From positions 44,974 to 108,973 of the forward strand of contig JALUTT010000099.1 in assembly GCA_027021705.1 (NCBI GenBank): DNA of 64,000 nucleotides, in the 5' to 3' direction. The first letter of the stretch is position 1, and each line of letters opens with the position of its first letter. Under the pieces are notes generated by a model. It was not told the DNA's origin and ran no database searches. It saw only the letters and a list, made by a program, of their open reading frames with translations. Positions 48,583 through 59,652 of the stretch are shown here, in pieces. Origin of the DNA: Anaerolineae bacterium (GTDB taxonomy: Bacteria; Chloroflexota; Anaerolineae; S140-20). The position numbers and the translations under genes were made by a program.

Positions 48583-49692
48583 ATGAAATGGGAAAGCCTC
48601 CACCGGCGGCTGGGATGGAAGCTCTTCCTCTCCTACCTGCTCATCGTTGTGGTGGGGGTGGTGGTGCTGGCCGGCACGGCCGAGCTCCACGCCCCCACCG
48701 CCCTGGCCCGGCACATCGCCCGGATGGAGACGGCGCTGGGGGATAACCCTGAGCTGGTGGCCGACCTCCACGCCAACTTTCGGGCGGCGGTGAACGAGGT
48801 CCTCGCCGTTGCAGCCCTGGCCGCCTTCTTGGCAGCGATCGCCGTCAGCCTCTTCACCAGCCGGCGCATCGTCGGCCCCATTCAGGCGATGATGGAGGCC
48901 AGCCAGCGCATCGCTGCCGGCGACTACCACGAGCGGGTCCAGATCCCCAGCCAGGATGAGCTGGGAGCCCTGGCTCAGGCCTTCAACCGCATGGCCGAGA
49001 CCCTGGAGCAGGTGGAGCGGCGGCGGATGGAGCTCATCGGCGACGTGGCCCACGAACTGCGCACCCCCCTCAGCAGCATCAAGGGCATCATGGAGGGGCT
49101 GGTGGACGGCGTGCTTCCGATGGAGCCTGCCACCTTCCTCGACGTTCAGCGGGAGGTCAACCGGCTCCAACGGCTGGTCCACGATCTGGAAGAGCTCTCC
49201 CGGGCCGAAGCGGGCCAGATCCCCCTGGCCCCCCGTCCCACCGCTATGACCGACCTGATCCGCACCGCCGCCGACCGCCTACGCCCCCAGTTCGAGGACA
49301 AGGGCATCGGCCTGCACCTGGACCTCCCGGCCCACCTGCCCCCGGCCCGCGCCGATCCCAGCCGCATCACCCAGGTGCTGCTCAACCTGATGGGCAACGC
49401 GCTCCAGTACACCCCGCCGGGGGGCCAGGTCACCGTCCGGGCCTGGAACACAGGCACGGAGGTGACCGTCGCTGTGCAGGACACAGGCATCGGGATCCCG
49501 GCCCAACACCTGCCTCACATCTTCGAGCGCTTCTACCGGGTGGACAAGTCGCGCTCCCGAGCCGGCGGCGGCAGCGGCATCGGCCTGACCATCGCCAAAC
49601 ACCTGGTGGAAGCCCACGGCGGACGCATCTGGGCCGAGAGCGCCGGCCCGAATCGGGGCAGCACCTTCACCTTCACCCTCCCCCTGGCCTGA
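48583..49692 (+). CDS. HAMP sensor histidine kinase (BaeS-like)
   Basis: AHELRTPL, NL..NAL.YT, DTG.GI, FERFYR, GSGIGL. Confidence 0.95.
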   Translation: MKWESLHRRLGWKLFLSYLLIVVVGVVVLAGTAELHAPTALARHIARMETALGDNPELVADLHANFRAAVNEVLAVAALAAFLAAIAVSLFTSRRIVGPIQAMMEASQRIAAGDYHERVQIPSQDELGALAQAFNRMAETLEQVERRRMELIGDVAHELRTPLSSIKGIMEGLVDGVLPMEPATFLDVQREVNRLQRLVHDLEELSRAEAGQIPLAPRPTAMTDLIRTAADRLRPQFEDKGIGLHLDLPAHLPPARADPSRITQVLLNLMGNALQYTPPGGQVTVRAWNTGTEVTVAVQDTGIGIPAQHLPHIFERFYRVDKSRSRAGGGSGIGLTIAKHLVEAHGGRIWAESAGPNRGSTFTFTLPLA

Positions 49693-49781
49693 GAGCCAAC
49701 CGTTCTGCGCTTGCTAGGAAGGAGTTCTTGAGGTACAATTGGGGGCGCAGAGCAGGGAAAGCTCAGGAGGCCTGGTGAAAC

Positions 49782-50588
49782 GTGGTCCAGCCCGATCCTC
49801 AACCCCCGGTGCCACCAACACGCTACGATGAGGATTACTTCCTGACGGCCTGTGAAGGCTACGAGGAGTTCCTCGCCACAGAAGGAGAACATCTCTCCCG
49901 TCGCCTACGGGCCGCCTTCCGGCAAGCTGATGTCAGTCCCGGCATGCGGGTGCTCGACGTAGGGTGTGGACGGGGGGAGATCCTGCGCCATTGCGCCCGG
50001 CTGGGGGCCGATGCCTACGGCATTGACTACGCCCCGGTGGCCGTCCGCCTCTCCCGCCGCCTGGCCGACGCTGCCGGGGAGACCCCGGGCCAGATCGGCG
50101 TCTACCAGGCCGACGCCAAGCACCTCCCCTTCCCCGCCGCCTTCTTCGACCGGGTCCTGATGTTCGACGTGGTGGAACACCTCCACCCGTGGGAGCTCCA
50201 TCAGGCGATGCGGGAGGTGCACCGGGTGCTGGCTCCGGAGGGGCGCTTCATCATCCACACAGCGCCCAACCGCTGGTACGACGCCTACGCCTACCCGCTG
50301 GTCCGGCTGGTGCGCACGCTGATGGGCGAGGGGGAGCGCTACCCCCGCAACCCCCGGGCGCTGAACGTGGCCGTGAACCTAGACGTTCACGTGAACGAGC
50401 AGGACATCCTGAGCCTGCGCCGGGCGTTGAAGCGAGCAGGCTTCCGGGCCCGCATCTGGCTGGACACCCCTCCTCAGAACCGGGACGAAGGGCCGGTGCT
50501 GACCGCCCTTCGCCACATCGCTTTCAACTGGCCGCCTTTTCGGTGGTTCTTTGAACGGGAGATCTTCGCTGTGGCGTGGAAAGGGTAG
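49782..50588 (+). CDS. Class I SAM-dependent methyltransferase
   Basis: VLDVGCGRG, DVVEHL, RVL.PEG. Confidence 0.88.
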   Translation: MVQPDPQPPVPPTRYDEDYFLTACEGYEEFLATEGEHLSRRLRAAFRQADVSPGMRVLDVGCGRGEILRHCARLGADAYGIDYAPVAVRLSRRLADAAGETPGQIGVYQADAKHLPFPAAFFDRVLMFDVVEHLHPWELHQAMREVHRVLAPEGRFIIHTAPNRWYDAYAYPLVRLVRTLMGEGERYPRNPRALNVAVNLDVHVNEQDILSLRRALKRAGFRARIWLDTPPQNRDEGPVLTALRHIAFNWPPFRWFFEREIFAVAWKG

Positions 50589-50604
50589 GAAACGGTGTAG
50601 GACG

Positions 50605-51654
50605 ATGAAGGATCGGCGTTCGGTTGACGACCTGAGCATCGAGGAACTGGAACGGATCCTCCTGATGAAGAAGCGGGAGGCCCGGCTGGCCCGACTGCGC
50701 CGGCAGCACCCGTCGGAGTGGGACGTGACCCGCGACCCCCTGGCCCCGGATCCCCCGGAGCCGGAACCCTTCCTGCCGGTGGAGCATCGGGAGCACGACG
50801 GCGAAGGGGCGACGGCCACCTACCGCACGGTCGAGCTCCCCCCTCGGCCCCCCCTCTGGCGGCGGCTGCTCCGCCTAGGCCCCCGCCCTGAGGAACCATC
50901 CCCATCCCCCTGGGCGCAACAGGAACCCCCGCCTCCCTGGCACCGTCGGGTCCGGTGGCGGTGGGTGCGGGATACCTTCCTCCTGATCTTGGAGGTAGCC
51001 GCCCTGGTCGGGCTGATCCTCGTGCTGCTGGAATCGCTCATCAACCTGCGGATGCTCAACGAGGAGGCGGCCCGGGTCCAGGCCCAGCAGCTTCAACCTC
51101 TGCCCACCCCATCGCCGACGCCGCTCATTGACGTGGTGCTCCTGCCCAGTGGGCACAGCCCTCCCACCTCGCCCCAAGGGGCACAACCGGAAAAGGTGCC
51201 CGAGCACCTGCGCCCCCTGGTCCAGCAGATCACCCCCCGCCCCGTGCCCACGCCGGGGCCGGAACAGGCGACCCGCATCGTCATCCCCGCCATCGGGGTG
51301 GATGCCCCCGTCGTCGAAGGGGACGATTGGGAGGCCCTGAAGCGAGGCGCGGGCCACCACATCGGCAGCGCCAACCCCGGTGAGGCAGGGAACGTCGTCA
51401 TCTCCGCCCACAACGACATCTTCGGCGAGATCTTCCGCCGGCTGCCGGAGCTGGAGTTGGACGACGAGGTCTACGTCTACACAGCGACCCGGGCCTACCG
51501 GTACGTCGTCCGGGCCAAGCGGATCGTGGATCCGACCGAGGTCAGCGTGATGTACCCCACCCGGGATCCCATCCTGACGCTGATCTCCTGCTACCCCTAT
51601 CGAGTGAACACCCACCGCATCGTCGTCATCGCCGAATTGGCATCCAACCCCTGA
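50605..51654 (+). CDS. Sortase with long N-terminal extension
   Basis: I.IPAIGVDAPV, GNVVISAHND (His), LTLISCYPY (Cys), R; single TM. Confidence 0.9.
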   Translation: MKDRRSVDDLSIEELERILLMKKREARLARLRRQHPSEWDVTRDPLAPDPPEPEPFLPVEHREHDGEGATATYRTVELPPRPPLWRRLLRLGPRPEEPSPSPWAQQEPPPPWHRRVRWRWVRDTFLLILEVAALVGLILVLLESLINLRMLNEEAARVQAQQLQPLPTPSPTPLIDVVLLPSGHSPPTSPQGAQPEKVPEHLRPLVQQITPRPVPTPGPEQATRIVIPAIGVDAPVVEGDDWEALKRGAGHHIGSANPGEAGNVVISAHNDIFGEIFRRLPELELDDEVYVYTATRAYRYVVRAKRIVDPTEVSVMYPTRDPILTLISCYPYRVNTHRIVVIAELASNP

Positions 51655-51700
51655 GCATTCACCTCAGGGCATTCCACCCTGTGACATCGAGGAGGTCTCT

Positions 51701-51994
51701 ATGGCAAAGAAACGCGCACGCAAATCCCGCCGGGCACGACGCCCCCGCCTCTCAGCGACGCAACGGGCGATCCCTACCGCGACCGAGCAGCCGGCCCAGC
51801 CCAAGCATCAGGCGACGGCCCCCGCCCGCCGTGCTCCGGCTCAGCCCACCCCCTGGGCCGCTTCCTACGCTTCGTCCTCCCAGGTGGACTTCGCCCAGGA
51901 GTACGCCTACGTCATCGCCGACCTCAAGCGGATCGGCCTCATCGCCGCCTCTATGCTGGGATTCCTCTTCTTGCTCTCTCTGTTCATCCGATAG
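51701..51994 (+). CDS. Small basic protein with C-terminal TM
   Basis: RBS GAGGAGG; 'EYAYVIADLKRIG' then hydrophobic tail. Confidence 0.7.
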   Translation: MAKKRARKSRRARRPRLSATQRAIPTATEQPAQPKHQATAPARRAPAQPTPWAASYASSSQVDFAQEYAYVIADLKRIGLIAASMLGFLFLLSLFIR

Positions 51995-52005
51995 GGGATA
52001 GGCCG

Positions 52006-52716
52006 CTAGGCCAGCTTCCAGACCAGCAGCAGGTGGACCAGGCCGCTGAGCCAGAGGTTCCCTGTGGCGAGGAAGAGGAGCAGACTGACCACCCAGGTCA
52101 GTCCGCGCAAAACCAGGTAGGGATTGTGGTCGGGGTCCCGCAGTTGCCAGCGGACGTGGGGATCCAACAACGCTTCCAAGAGCACCAGGCCGGCACCGGC
52201 AAAGGTGCCCGTGTAGCGGGACGCGAAGAGGAGCAGAGGAAGCGCCCGGTAGAAGGCCCAATGTAGCTCATCGTAGAAGGCATCACGCAGACGGATGCCC
52301 AGGGGAGGGAAAGAGCAGGGTGGCAGGGAACGTCTCCCCAGGAGCCAGAGGCCCCCGCCCCCCAGCGAGAGGACGACGCCCACCCCCACCCCCTCCACCC
52401 ACGTCTCCCAGGGAAAGGCGAGGAAGAAGGGCTCTCCCCCCCCGCCCAGCCTCCCTCCCACCATACCCAGCAGGTCCAGCCCCAGCACACCCCGCATCAG
52501 AGCGGCGTAGGGCAGCCCCACGTAGAAAGCGAAGCGGAGCCCTTCCAGCAGCCAGGGGCTGTAGGGAGCGCTCAGCAGGCCATCGGCCAGCCGCTGCCAC
52601 ACCGCCGGCCACAGTTGGTGCCGGTAGCTCCACAGGAGCCAGCGGGTGACCGTATAAAGCGCGAAGGAGAGCAGGACCCAGAGGGCCAGCTCTCCCTGAA
52701 TCGGCCACGGCATCAA
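52006..52716 (-). CDS. Hypothetical integral membrane protein (possibly CAAX-protease-like)
   Basis: Multi-TM, 'E.HWAFYR' and 'T.NLW....VH' motifs. Confidence 0.6.
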   Translation of the reverse strand: MMPWPIQGELALWVLLSFALYTVTRWLLWSYRHQLWPAVWQRLADGLLSAPYSPWLLEGLRFAFYVGLPYAALMRGVLGLDLLGMVGGRLGGGGEPFFLAFPWETWVEGVGVGVVLSLGGGGLWLLGRRSLPPCSFPPLGIRLRDAFYDELHWAFYRALPLLLFASRYTGTFAGAGLVLLEALLDPHVRWQLRDPDHNPYLVLRGLTWVVSLLLFLATGNLWLSGLVHLLLVWKLA

Positions 52717-52724
52717 TCCGTTAC

Positions 52725-54458
52725 CTACCCTTCCTCCAGAGGCACCTGAACGGTAATGCGCGTTCCCTCCCCCGGTGCGGACTCGATGCGCAAGGTGCCG
52801 CCGATCAACTCCGTCCGCTCGTGGAGGTTGATCATCCCCAGGCTCCCCCGCTCATCATATCGCTCCTGGACCCGACTGACATCGAACCCGACCCCATCGT
52901 CCTCCACCTGGGCGAAGAGGAATCCATCGCGGATGCCCACCCGGATCCAGAGGTGATCGGCGTGGGCGTGCTTCCGGGCGTTGGAGATGGCTTCCTCGAT
53001 GATGTAGAAGAGGGTCCCCTGCACGTCCTTGTCCACGTACTCCTCGACGGGCTCGACCTCCAGGTGGATCTCCAGGCTGTCGGTCTCGCGGAGCTTCTGG
53101 ACGTACTGCTCCAGCGCCGCCGTCAGCCCCTGGTTCTCCAGGATCAGTGGACGGAGCGTGAAGAGCATCTGCCGGATCTCCTTGGTGGTCCGGCGGGCCA
53201 AGTCCTCGATCTTCTTCAGCTCCGCCTTCACCCGGACCGGGTCCTTGTCCAGGAGGAGCTGGATGTAGTTGAGCCGCATCGCGATGGCGGCGATGGACTG
53301 GGTGGGGCCGTCGTGTAGGTCGCGAGCCAGCTTCTTGCGGGCCTCCTCCTCCACCTCGACGATGCGCTCCTTCTCCGCCAGCAGCTCCTGGTAAAGCTGG
53401 GCATTCTGGAGGGCGATGATCGCCTGGTTGCAGACGGCCGTCAGCAGTTCAATCCGATCCTGGGTGAAGGTATCGGGCTCCGGGCTGCCGAAGACGACAA
53501 CGCCGTAGCTCTCGAAGCCAGCCCGTAGGGGGATGGCCACCGCCGACCGGCAGTGCTGGAAGGCGACGAACTGACCTAGCTCCGGGTCGTGACGGGGGTC
53601 CAGCGTCAACCCGGGCTCCGCCGTGTTGATCACCTGGGCCAGCAGCCCCTCACGCCCCGGAGGGCGGCGCAACTGGTCCATCCGGGTCAGCCGGCGAGAG
53701 GCCGTGATGAAGAGGCTATCCTCGCCGAAGAGGAGCACCGCGCTGACGATCTCGTTGGCCAACGGCCCCAGGTCCTGCAGCCCTACAACGCTGATGTCCA
53801 GCACCGCCTCCAGGATGCGCCGGTAGTTCAGCGTGGCGCTGAGCATGCTGGCCATCTCGTAGATGGCCTTCGCCCGCTCCCGAATCGCCCGCAGCCGCCG
53901 AAGTTCCGCCTCCTCTTCCTCCCGGATCGCCTGGGCGGCCAGCCTGGTCACCCGATCGGCCACCAGGCCGCTCAGCAGGGCAGCCAGCAGCAGGATCAGC
54001 CCCCCCACCGCGACGGGGAAGTAGGTGGCCAAGGAGAGCTGGGGGTCAGTCAGGTAGGTGAGCCCCACGTAGGCCAGCACGATGGTCAGGGCAGCCCCCA
54101 AGCTGGCCCACCAATTGTAACGCAACGAGGCGGTGATGATGGGAAAAAGGCCGAAGAAGAGGTAGGGAGTCTCCGGTACATCGGAGGCGTAGATGAAAGC
54201 GACGGCCAGGGCTGTATCGGCGACCAAGGTGAGGGCGGAGAGGGGCTTGGGGAAGGTGCGCAGCACCAAGAGGAGCATCACGATCAGGTTATAGGCTGCG
54301 CCGGCCAGCAACAAGCTGATCAGGATAGGGGAAAAGAGGTTCTCGCCGGCCTGGAGGGACTGGAGCAAAGCGACAATAGCCACGCTGATCAGGAGGAGCC
54401 AGCGCAGGTTGCTGAGCAGCCAGTCAACCTGGAAGAGGGAACGACTTTTCAGAGACAT
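52725..54458 (-). CDS. Membrane GAF-domain sensor histidine kinase (HisKA_3)
   Basis: N-terminal TMs, GAF, RKKLARDLHDG, EAISNARKHA, DDGVGF. Confidence 0.92.
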   Translation of the reverse strand: MSLKSRSLFQVDWLLSNLRWLLLISVAIVALLQSLQAGENLFSPILISLLLAGAAYNLIVMLLLVLRTFPKPLSALTLVADTALAVAFIYASDVPETPYLFFGLFPIITASLRYNWWASLGAALTIVLAYVGLTYLTDPQLSLATYFPVAVGGLILLLAALLSGLVADRVTRLAAQAIREEEEAELRRLRAIRERAKAIYEMASMLSATLNYRRILEAVLDISVVGLQDLGPLANEIVSAVLLFGEDSLFITASRRLTRMDQLRRPPGREGLLAQVINTAEPGLTLDPRHDPELGQFVAFQHCRSAVAIPLRAGFESYGVVVFGSPEPDTFTQDRIELLTAVCNQAIIALQNAQLYQELLAEKERIVEVEEEARKKLARDLHDGPTQSIAAIAMRLNYIQLLLDKDPVRVKAELKKIEDLARRTTKEIRQMLFTLRPLILENQGLTAALEQYVQKLRETDSLEIHLEVEPVEEYVDKDVQGTLFYIIEEAISNARKHAHADHLWIRVGIRDGFLFAQVEDDGVGFDVSRVQERYDERGSLGMINLHERTELIGGTLRIESAPGEGTRITVQVPLEEG

Positions 54459-54534
54459 TGCACCCTGACGCCAATAAAAAAAGCCCCGGCCCGCCCGCCT
54501 GAAACGCGGGCTCCGCCGCGGCCGGCGGGGCTAG

Positions 54535-54608
<74 letters not shown>

Positions 54609-54925
54609 GTGCCAAAAATATTATAGCATCAAACGGCGAAGATGGCAAGGGGGAATTCTCCGGCGATTACCCACAAGTGAGCGAGAGAGTGGTCCGTAGC
54701 AGGCCGTCCCCTCGCCCACTGATGGGCAATCACCAGGGAAATTCCACATGATCGCCAGCCCCCCTTGACTTTTCGGCCACTTCTGGCTATGCTTATGAAA
54801 CGACCGTTCCCCCTCCCGCAGGTTAGGCGCGTTTCCGACGCGAAACCGTGCTTCAAATAGCCCATCGGAGCTGAAAGCGCCCTCGACCGGCGACCTGCGG
54901 GGGAGGGTAGGCTGAACAGATACTG

Positions 54926-55738
54926 ATGCGCAAAGAACGCCTGGATCGGCTGCTGGTGCAGCACAAGCTGGTGAGAAGCCGGGAGGAAGGACGACGGCTC
55001 ATCATGGCCGGTCAGGTCCGCGTGGACGGTCAGGTCGTGGACCGACCCGCCACCCGCGTTCCCACGAGCGCAGAGGTGACCATCGTGCAGCGCCCGCGCT
55101 ACGTCTCCCGAGGAGGGATCAAGCTGGAGGCCGCCCTCCAACAGTTCCGGCTGGACGTGACGGGGATGGTCTGCGCCGACGTCGGTGCATCCACAGGCGG
55201 CTTCACCGACTGCCTGCTCCAGCACGGCGCTGCCCGCGTCTACGCCATTGACGTCGGCTACGGCCAACTGGCCTGGAAGCTGCGGCGCGACCCTCGGGTC
55301 GTGGTGATGGAACGGGTCAACGCCCGCTACCTAGAGTCCCTGCCCCAGCCGGTGGACCTGGTGACCGTGGACGTCTCCTTCATCTCTCTGCGCCTGATCC
55401 TACCTCAGGTCCACCGCTGGCTCAAGCCCGACGGTCACGTCATCCCCCTCATCAAGCCCCAGTTCGAGGCCGGTCCCCGCGACGTGGGGAAAGGGGGGAT
55501 CGTCAAGGACCCCGCCGTGCACCGACGGGTCCTCCGGGACCTGCTGACCTGGGTGCAGGAGACGGGGTGGGAGACGGTGGGCCTGATGGCCTCGCCCATC
55601 ACCGGAGCGACGGGCAACGTAGAGTTCCTGGCCCACCTGAGGCCGGCCGGAGCCAGCGGCGAAGGCTCTCCACCAGCGGTCGAAGCCTGGGTCGAGGCTG
55701 TGATCCCTCGCACCCCCGACGAGGGAACCGAGGACTGA
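54926..55738 (+). CDS. tlyA: TlyA family rRNA 2'-O-methyltransferase
   Basis: S4 domain [40 protein letters not shown]. Confidence 0.95.
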   Translation: MRKERLDRLLVQHKLVRSREEGRRLIMAGQVRVDGQVVDRPATRVPTSAEVTIVQRPRYVSRGGIKLEAALQQFRLDVTGMVCADVGASTGGFTDCLLQHGAARVYAIDVGYGQLAWKLRRDPRVVVMERVNARYLESLPQPVDLVTVDVSFISLRLILPQVHRWLKPDGHVIPLIKPQFEAGPRDVGKGGIVKDPAVHRRVLRDLLTWVQETGWETVGLMASPITGATGNVEFLAHLRPAGASGEGSPPAVEAWVEAVIPRTPDEGTED

Positions 55739-55818
55739 GCACCATCCAGGGGCACGCTGACTCCAACGGTGCCGGTGATCGCCCCCTGGAGGCAGCCCAT
55801 AGAACCTGGAGACGGAAG

Positions 55819-57120
55819 ATGAAGAGCGTGGCGGAGCCAACCATTGACGTCCAAACCCGTCTGCGCTACCTGGAGGACCAGGTTGCCCGATTGGAACGGA
55901 TGGTCCGGGTCAGCCGGATGCTCAGCTCTACGCTGGACCTGGAACCACTGCTCCAGCGCATCATCAACACCGCCACCGACCTGGTGGGCACCGAGGCCGC
56001 CTCCATTCTGCTGGAGGATGAGCGCACAGGAGGGCTCTACTTCGCCGCTGCCACCGGCACCGAACGGGAAGAACTTCAGCGCATCCAGGTTCCCATCGAA
56101 GGCAGCATCGCCGGGACGATCTTCCGCACCGGTCAGCCCCTCATCATCCAGGACGTCCACCGGGACCCCCGCCACTACCGGGGGGTGGACCAGAGCACCC
56201 GCTTCGAGACCCGGGCCATCCTAGGTGTGCCGATGCGCTTCAAGGACCGCTGCATCGGCGTCCTAGAGGCGGTGAACAAACTGGGCAACGCCCCCTTCAC
56301 TCAAGACGACGTCCACATCCTTTCCACGCTGGCCTCCCAAGCAGCCGTCGCCATCGAGAACGCCCGCCTCGTGGGAGCTCTGCAGGAGGCCAACGCCCGA
56401 CTGGCCGAGTTGGATCGCCTCAAGTCGGACTTCATCAGCATCGCCTCCCACGAACTGCGCACCCCGCTGAGCCTCATCCTGGGCTACGCCACCTTCCTGA
56501 AGGAACAGAGCACCGGAGCATTCCAGGAGCAGTTGGAGATGGTCCTGAAGGGAGCTCTCCAGCTCCAGGGCCTCATCGAGGCGATGGTCAACCTGCGCTA
56601 CCTGGAGGCGGGCGTCGCTCGGCTGGAACTCTCCGACGTGGTACTTCAGGAGTTGGTGGAGGAGGTGTGCGCCGAATGGCGTCCTATGGCCGAGGCGCAG
56701 GGGCTGCACCTGCGCCAACGGGTCCCCCAAAAGCCCGTTCGGGTCCGGGCCGACCGGGCCAAGATCGCCCTGGTGCTCTCCAACCTGCTGAACAATGCCA
56801 TCAAGTTCACCCCGCCCGGAGGCCGGATCGAGGTCACCATCCGACCACAGACGGGGATGGTCGCCCTCTCCGTAGCCGACACAGGCATCGGCATCCCCCA
56901 GGACGAATTGGACCGCATCTTCGACCGCTTCTACCAGGTGGAATCCCACCTGACCCGCCACCACGGTGGGATGGGGCTGGGCCTCTCCATCGCCAAGGGG
57001 TTGGTCGAGCTCCACCAGGGGCGAATCTGGGCGGAGAGCGTGGAGGGGAGGGGAAGCCGCTTTACATTCACCCTGCCGGTATTATGGAAAGAGGCTGTAC
57101 AGGCGCGGGAAGGGAAGTGA
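55819..57120 (+). CDS. Cytoplasmic GAF sensor histidine kinase
   Basis: GAF, ASHELRTPL, NLL.NAIKFT, GMGLGL. Confidence 0.92.
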   Translation: MKSVAEPTIDVQTRLRYLEDQVARLERMVRVSRMLSSTLDLEPLLQRIINTATDLVGTEAASILLEDERTGGLYFAAATGTEREELQRIQVPIEGSIAGTIFRTGQPLIIQDVHRDPRHYRGVDQSTRFETRAILGVPMRFKDRCIGVLEAVNKLGNAPFTQDDVHILSTLASQAAVAIENARLVGALQEANARLAELDRLKSDFISIASHELRTPLSLILGYATFLKEQSTGAFQEQLEMVLKGALQLQGLIEAMVNLRYLEAGVARLELSDVVLQELVEEVCAEWRPMAEAQGLHLRQRVPQKPVRVRADRAKIALVLSNLLNNAIKFTPPGGRIEVTIRPQTGMVALSVADTGIGIPQDELDRIFDRFYQVESHLTRHHGGMGLGLSIAKGLVELHQGRIWAESVEGRGSRFTFTLPVLWKEAVQAREGK

Positions 57121-57126
57121 AGGAGG

Positions 57127-58734
57127 ATGAGCGAGGACAAAGCACTAGGTGAGCAGATCAGGCTGCTGGAACGTCGGCTGGCCCTCATCCAGGCCGTGGA
57201 CCAGGTCCGAGACCTCACCGTCCAGGATGTGCAGGCAATGTTAACGGCCCTTGCCGGACTGATCACGGACACCCTCCAGGCCGACCTCTGCCTGCTCAGC
57301 CTGGTCGAAGAGGAGAGCGGAGAACTCTCCCTGAAGACCATCGTGGACCGGTCGGGCCTTGCCACCCCGGAGGTGCTGGAGACGATCCAAGAGAGGACGG
57401 AACATGCCTTGGAGCAAGAGCAAATCCTGTCCTGGAACGCGGGAGACGAGGCCGCGCTCCAAAAGCTGCCCCACGGGGTGATCATCCCCATCGTCCTCAA
57501 CGGAGAGCGGCTGGGGGCCATCACGCTGGCGAACCGGGACCATCCCTTTTCCGAGGAGGAGATCACCCTCCTAGACCTGGCCGAGGATCAGATTGACTCC
57601 GCCCTCACCCACGCCCGTACCTACGCCCGGCTGGTGGCGCGCAACCGAGAACTGGAAACCCTCTACCGGGTAGACCGGTTGCGGGATATGGGCCTCCCTT
57701 TCGACGAGATGCTGACGGCCGTCTTGAGGGAACTCTGTCAGGTGCTGGAGGCCGAAGCCGGCTTCGTGATGCTCTTCTCGGACCGGGGGCAAGAGCTGGA
57801 ATTGCGGGCTTCGACGCATCGGGATTTCTTCACCGCCAGCGCCCAGGCCGACCTGATCCGCCGGGTCGCCCATCAGGCGATCCGCGAGGCCCACTTGGTG
57901 GAGCGGACGGAACTGAGCCCCCAGGTCCGCTCCCTCCTCTGCGCCCCCCTCATCCTGCACGACACCATCATTGGCGTCTTCGGCGCAGTCAACCGCCGGG
58001 GGCTGCCCTCTTTCACCCACCAGGACCGACGTCTGCTCCACGCCATCATCAGCCAGATGGACACGGCCATCTTCGAGAGCCTGGAGAAGCGCCGGCTGCG
58101 CCGGGTGTTGGAGCGGTCGGTGGATCCCCGGGTGATGGAGATGCTCCTCAACGCCGATCAGGACTTCCTGCGGGGCCAGCGGGCCGAAGCGACCATCCTC
58201 TTCTCCGATATGCGGGGCTTCACCAACGTGGCCGAGCGGACGCCTCCCGAGACGCTGGTCGCCCGTCTCAACGAGCATTTGGAAGCGATGACCGAGGCGA
58301 TCCTGGCCCACCAGGGGACCCTGGACAAGTTCGTCGGCGACGCGGTGATGGCCCTCTTCGGCGTTCCCTGGCCGATGGAGGACCACGCCCTGCGGGCCGT
58401 GCGCACGGCAATGCAGATGCAGAAGGCCCAGCAGCACCTGATGGAACACTGGGTCCGCATCGGCTGGGAGGCAGTGCCCATCGGCATTGGCATCAACACC
58501 GGCCCGATGATCGCCGGGGAGATCGGTACTCTGCGCCGCTCCGACTACACGGTGATCGGGGACGCCGTCAACCTAGCCTCCCGGCTCTGCGATCTGGCCC
58601 AGCCCAACCAGATCCTCATCAGCCAGGCCACCTATGAACGAGTCCGCGAGGCCGTGGAGGCCCGTCCGCTGGAGCCGGTGATCGTCAAGGGGAAAAGCCG
58701 GCCCGTGATGATCTACGAGGTCCTAGCCGCCTGA
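57127..58734 (+). CDS. GAF-GAF class III adenylate cyclase
   Basis: LFSDMRGFT, DKFVGDAVM, DYTVIGDAVNLASRL (Lys/Asp ATP-specificity pair). Confidence 0.92.
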   Translation: MSEDKALGEQIRLLERRLALIQAVDQVRDLTVQDVQAMLTALAGLITDTLQADLCLLSLVEEESGELSLKTIVDRSGLATPEVLETIQERTEHALEQEQILSWNAGDEAALQKLPHGVIIPIVLNGERLGAITLANRDHPFSEEEITLLDLAEDQIDSALTHARTYARLVARNRELETLYRVDRLRDMGLPFDEMLTAVLRELCQVLEAEAGFVMLFSDRGQELELRASTHRDFFTASAQADLIRRVAHQAIREAHLVERTELSPQVRSLLCAPLILHDTIIGVFGAVNRRGLPSFTHQDRRLLHAIISQMDTAIFESLEKRRLRRVLERSVDPRVMEMLLNADQDFLRGQRAEATILFSDMRGFTNVAERTPPETLVARLNEHLEAMTEAILAHQGTLDKFVGDAVMALFGVPWPMEDHALRAVRTAMQMQKAQQHLMEHWVRIGWEAVPIGIGINTGPMIAGEIGTLRRSDYTVIGDAVNLASRLCDLAQPNQILISQATYERVREAVEARPLEPVIVKGKSRPVMIYEVLAA

Positions 58735-58821
58735 TCTCAGGCCCAGACCTCTCCAACGATCCGCCAACCATTTCCCAACGGCGCCCCTTAGAAAGGGGCA
58801 CTCCCAGGCCATTACCCCTGG

Positions 58822-58879
58822 ATTTCTAACCATTTTCTAACTCTTTTCTTACCAGATTCCAACCGATACATGCTATAGT
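58822..58879 (+). promoter_or_regulatory. Phased direct repeats followed by extended -10 (TGCTATAGT)
   Basis: TTCTAAC, TTCTAAC, TTCTTAC, TTCCAAC at about 11-bp spacing upstream of the NRPS. Confidence 0.5.
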
Positions 58880-59652
58880 GAGGTGACGGTGTTATGGGGG
58901 GTTCTCAACATCCGACAGGCCGGATTTCCGCATTGGCTTTGGGAGATGGGGAAACGGCCTGTGTCTGCCTTTTTGGATCGAGCATCAACTGGTCTGGTGG
59001 GCTAGACCTGGACCGCTTTCTCTCAAGTAAAATCCACGGCGTGCATCAGGCCCTTGGAAGTTCCCATCGCTGTACAGATAGCCGGACTGTACCTTAAAAC
59101 GTAAGTGTCAGTACCCGTGATATTCGCAGAGCCAAAGGCGGCGGGCAGCAGTCGTATCGTTTTTTATACCTCCCTCCACTCGCTTTATCTCCCCCCTCCC
59201 CGCCCCAGGATGGCCACTGTTATCCTATACGCCAAATCTGCCTCAACAGGAGGGCTTGGGTATCGGCCTTCCGTCTTCCCGACTTGTGCACTATCGGACC
59301 TCCTAATCTATGCGACATACGGCTGTCCTGTCCCTGGAGAGATCATCCCCGTCGTGGCTCATCTCAAACCTCTCCTCTCGACGACTATTTCCCATCCACC
59401 TGAATACCTAGCCCACCAGACAGCCGAAAAGGGGTTGGCCTTTGCGGCCTGAGCCATCTTTGAAGCTTGGCCAGGACCCTGAAGCGGCCAATACCGTTCT
59501 CAACTGGGCGACCGGGCAACGTATGCCCGTCCGTCGTATTTCCCGTTGGGAACAAGAGTCATCTGGAGCAGCCCTTCCGGGCTGTTTATGGGCAACATCC
59601 GCGATAACGGACCCTGTCCCTGAGACCTATCCAGACGGTCAAAAGGAATGCG

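Noticed and set aside
58894..59452. Short ORFs in the NRPS leader as real genes or RiPP precursors
   Set aside because: No recognisable motif, weak RBS and atypical codon usage
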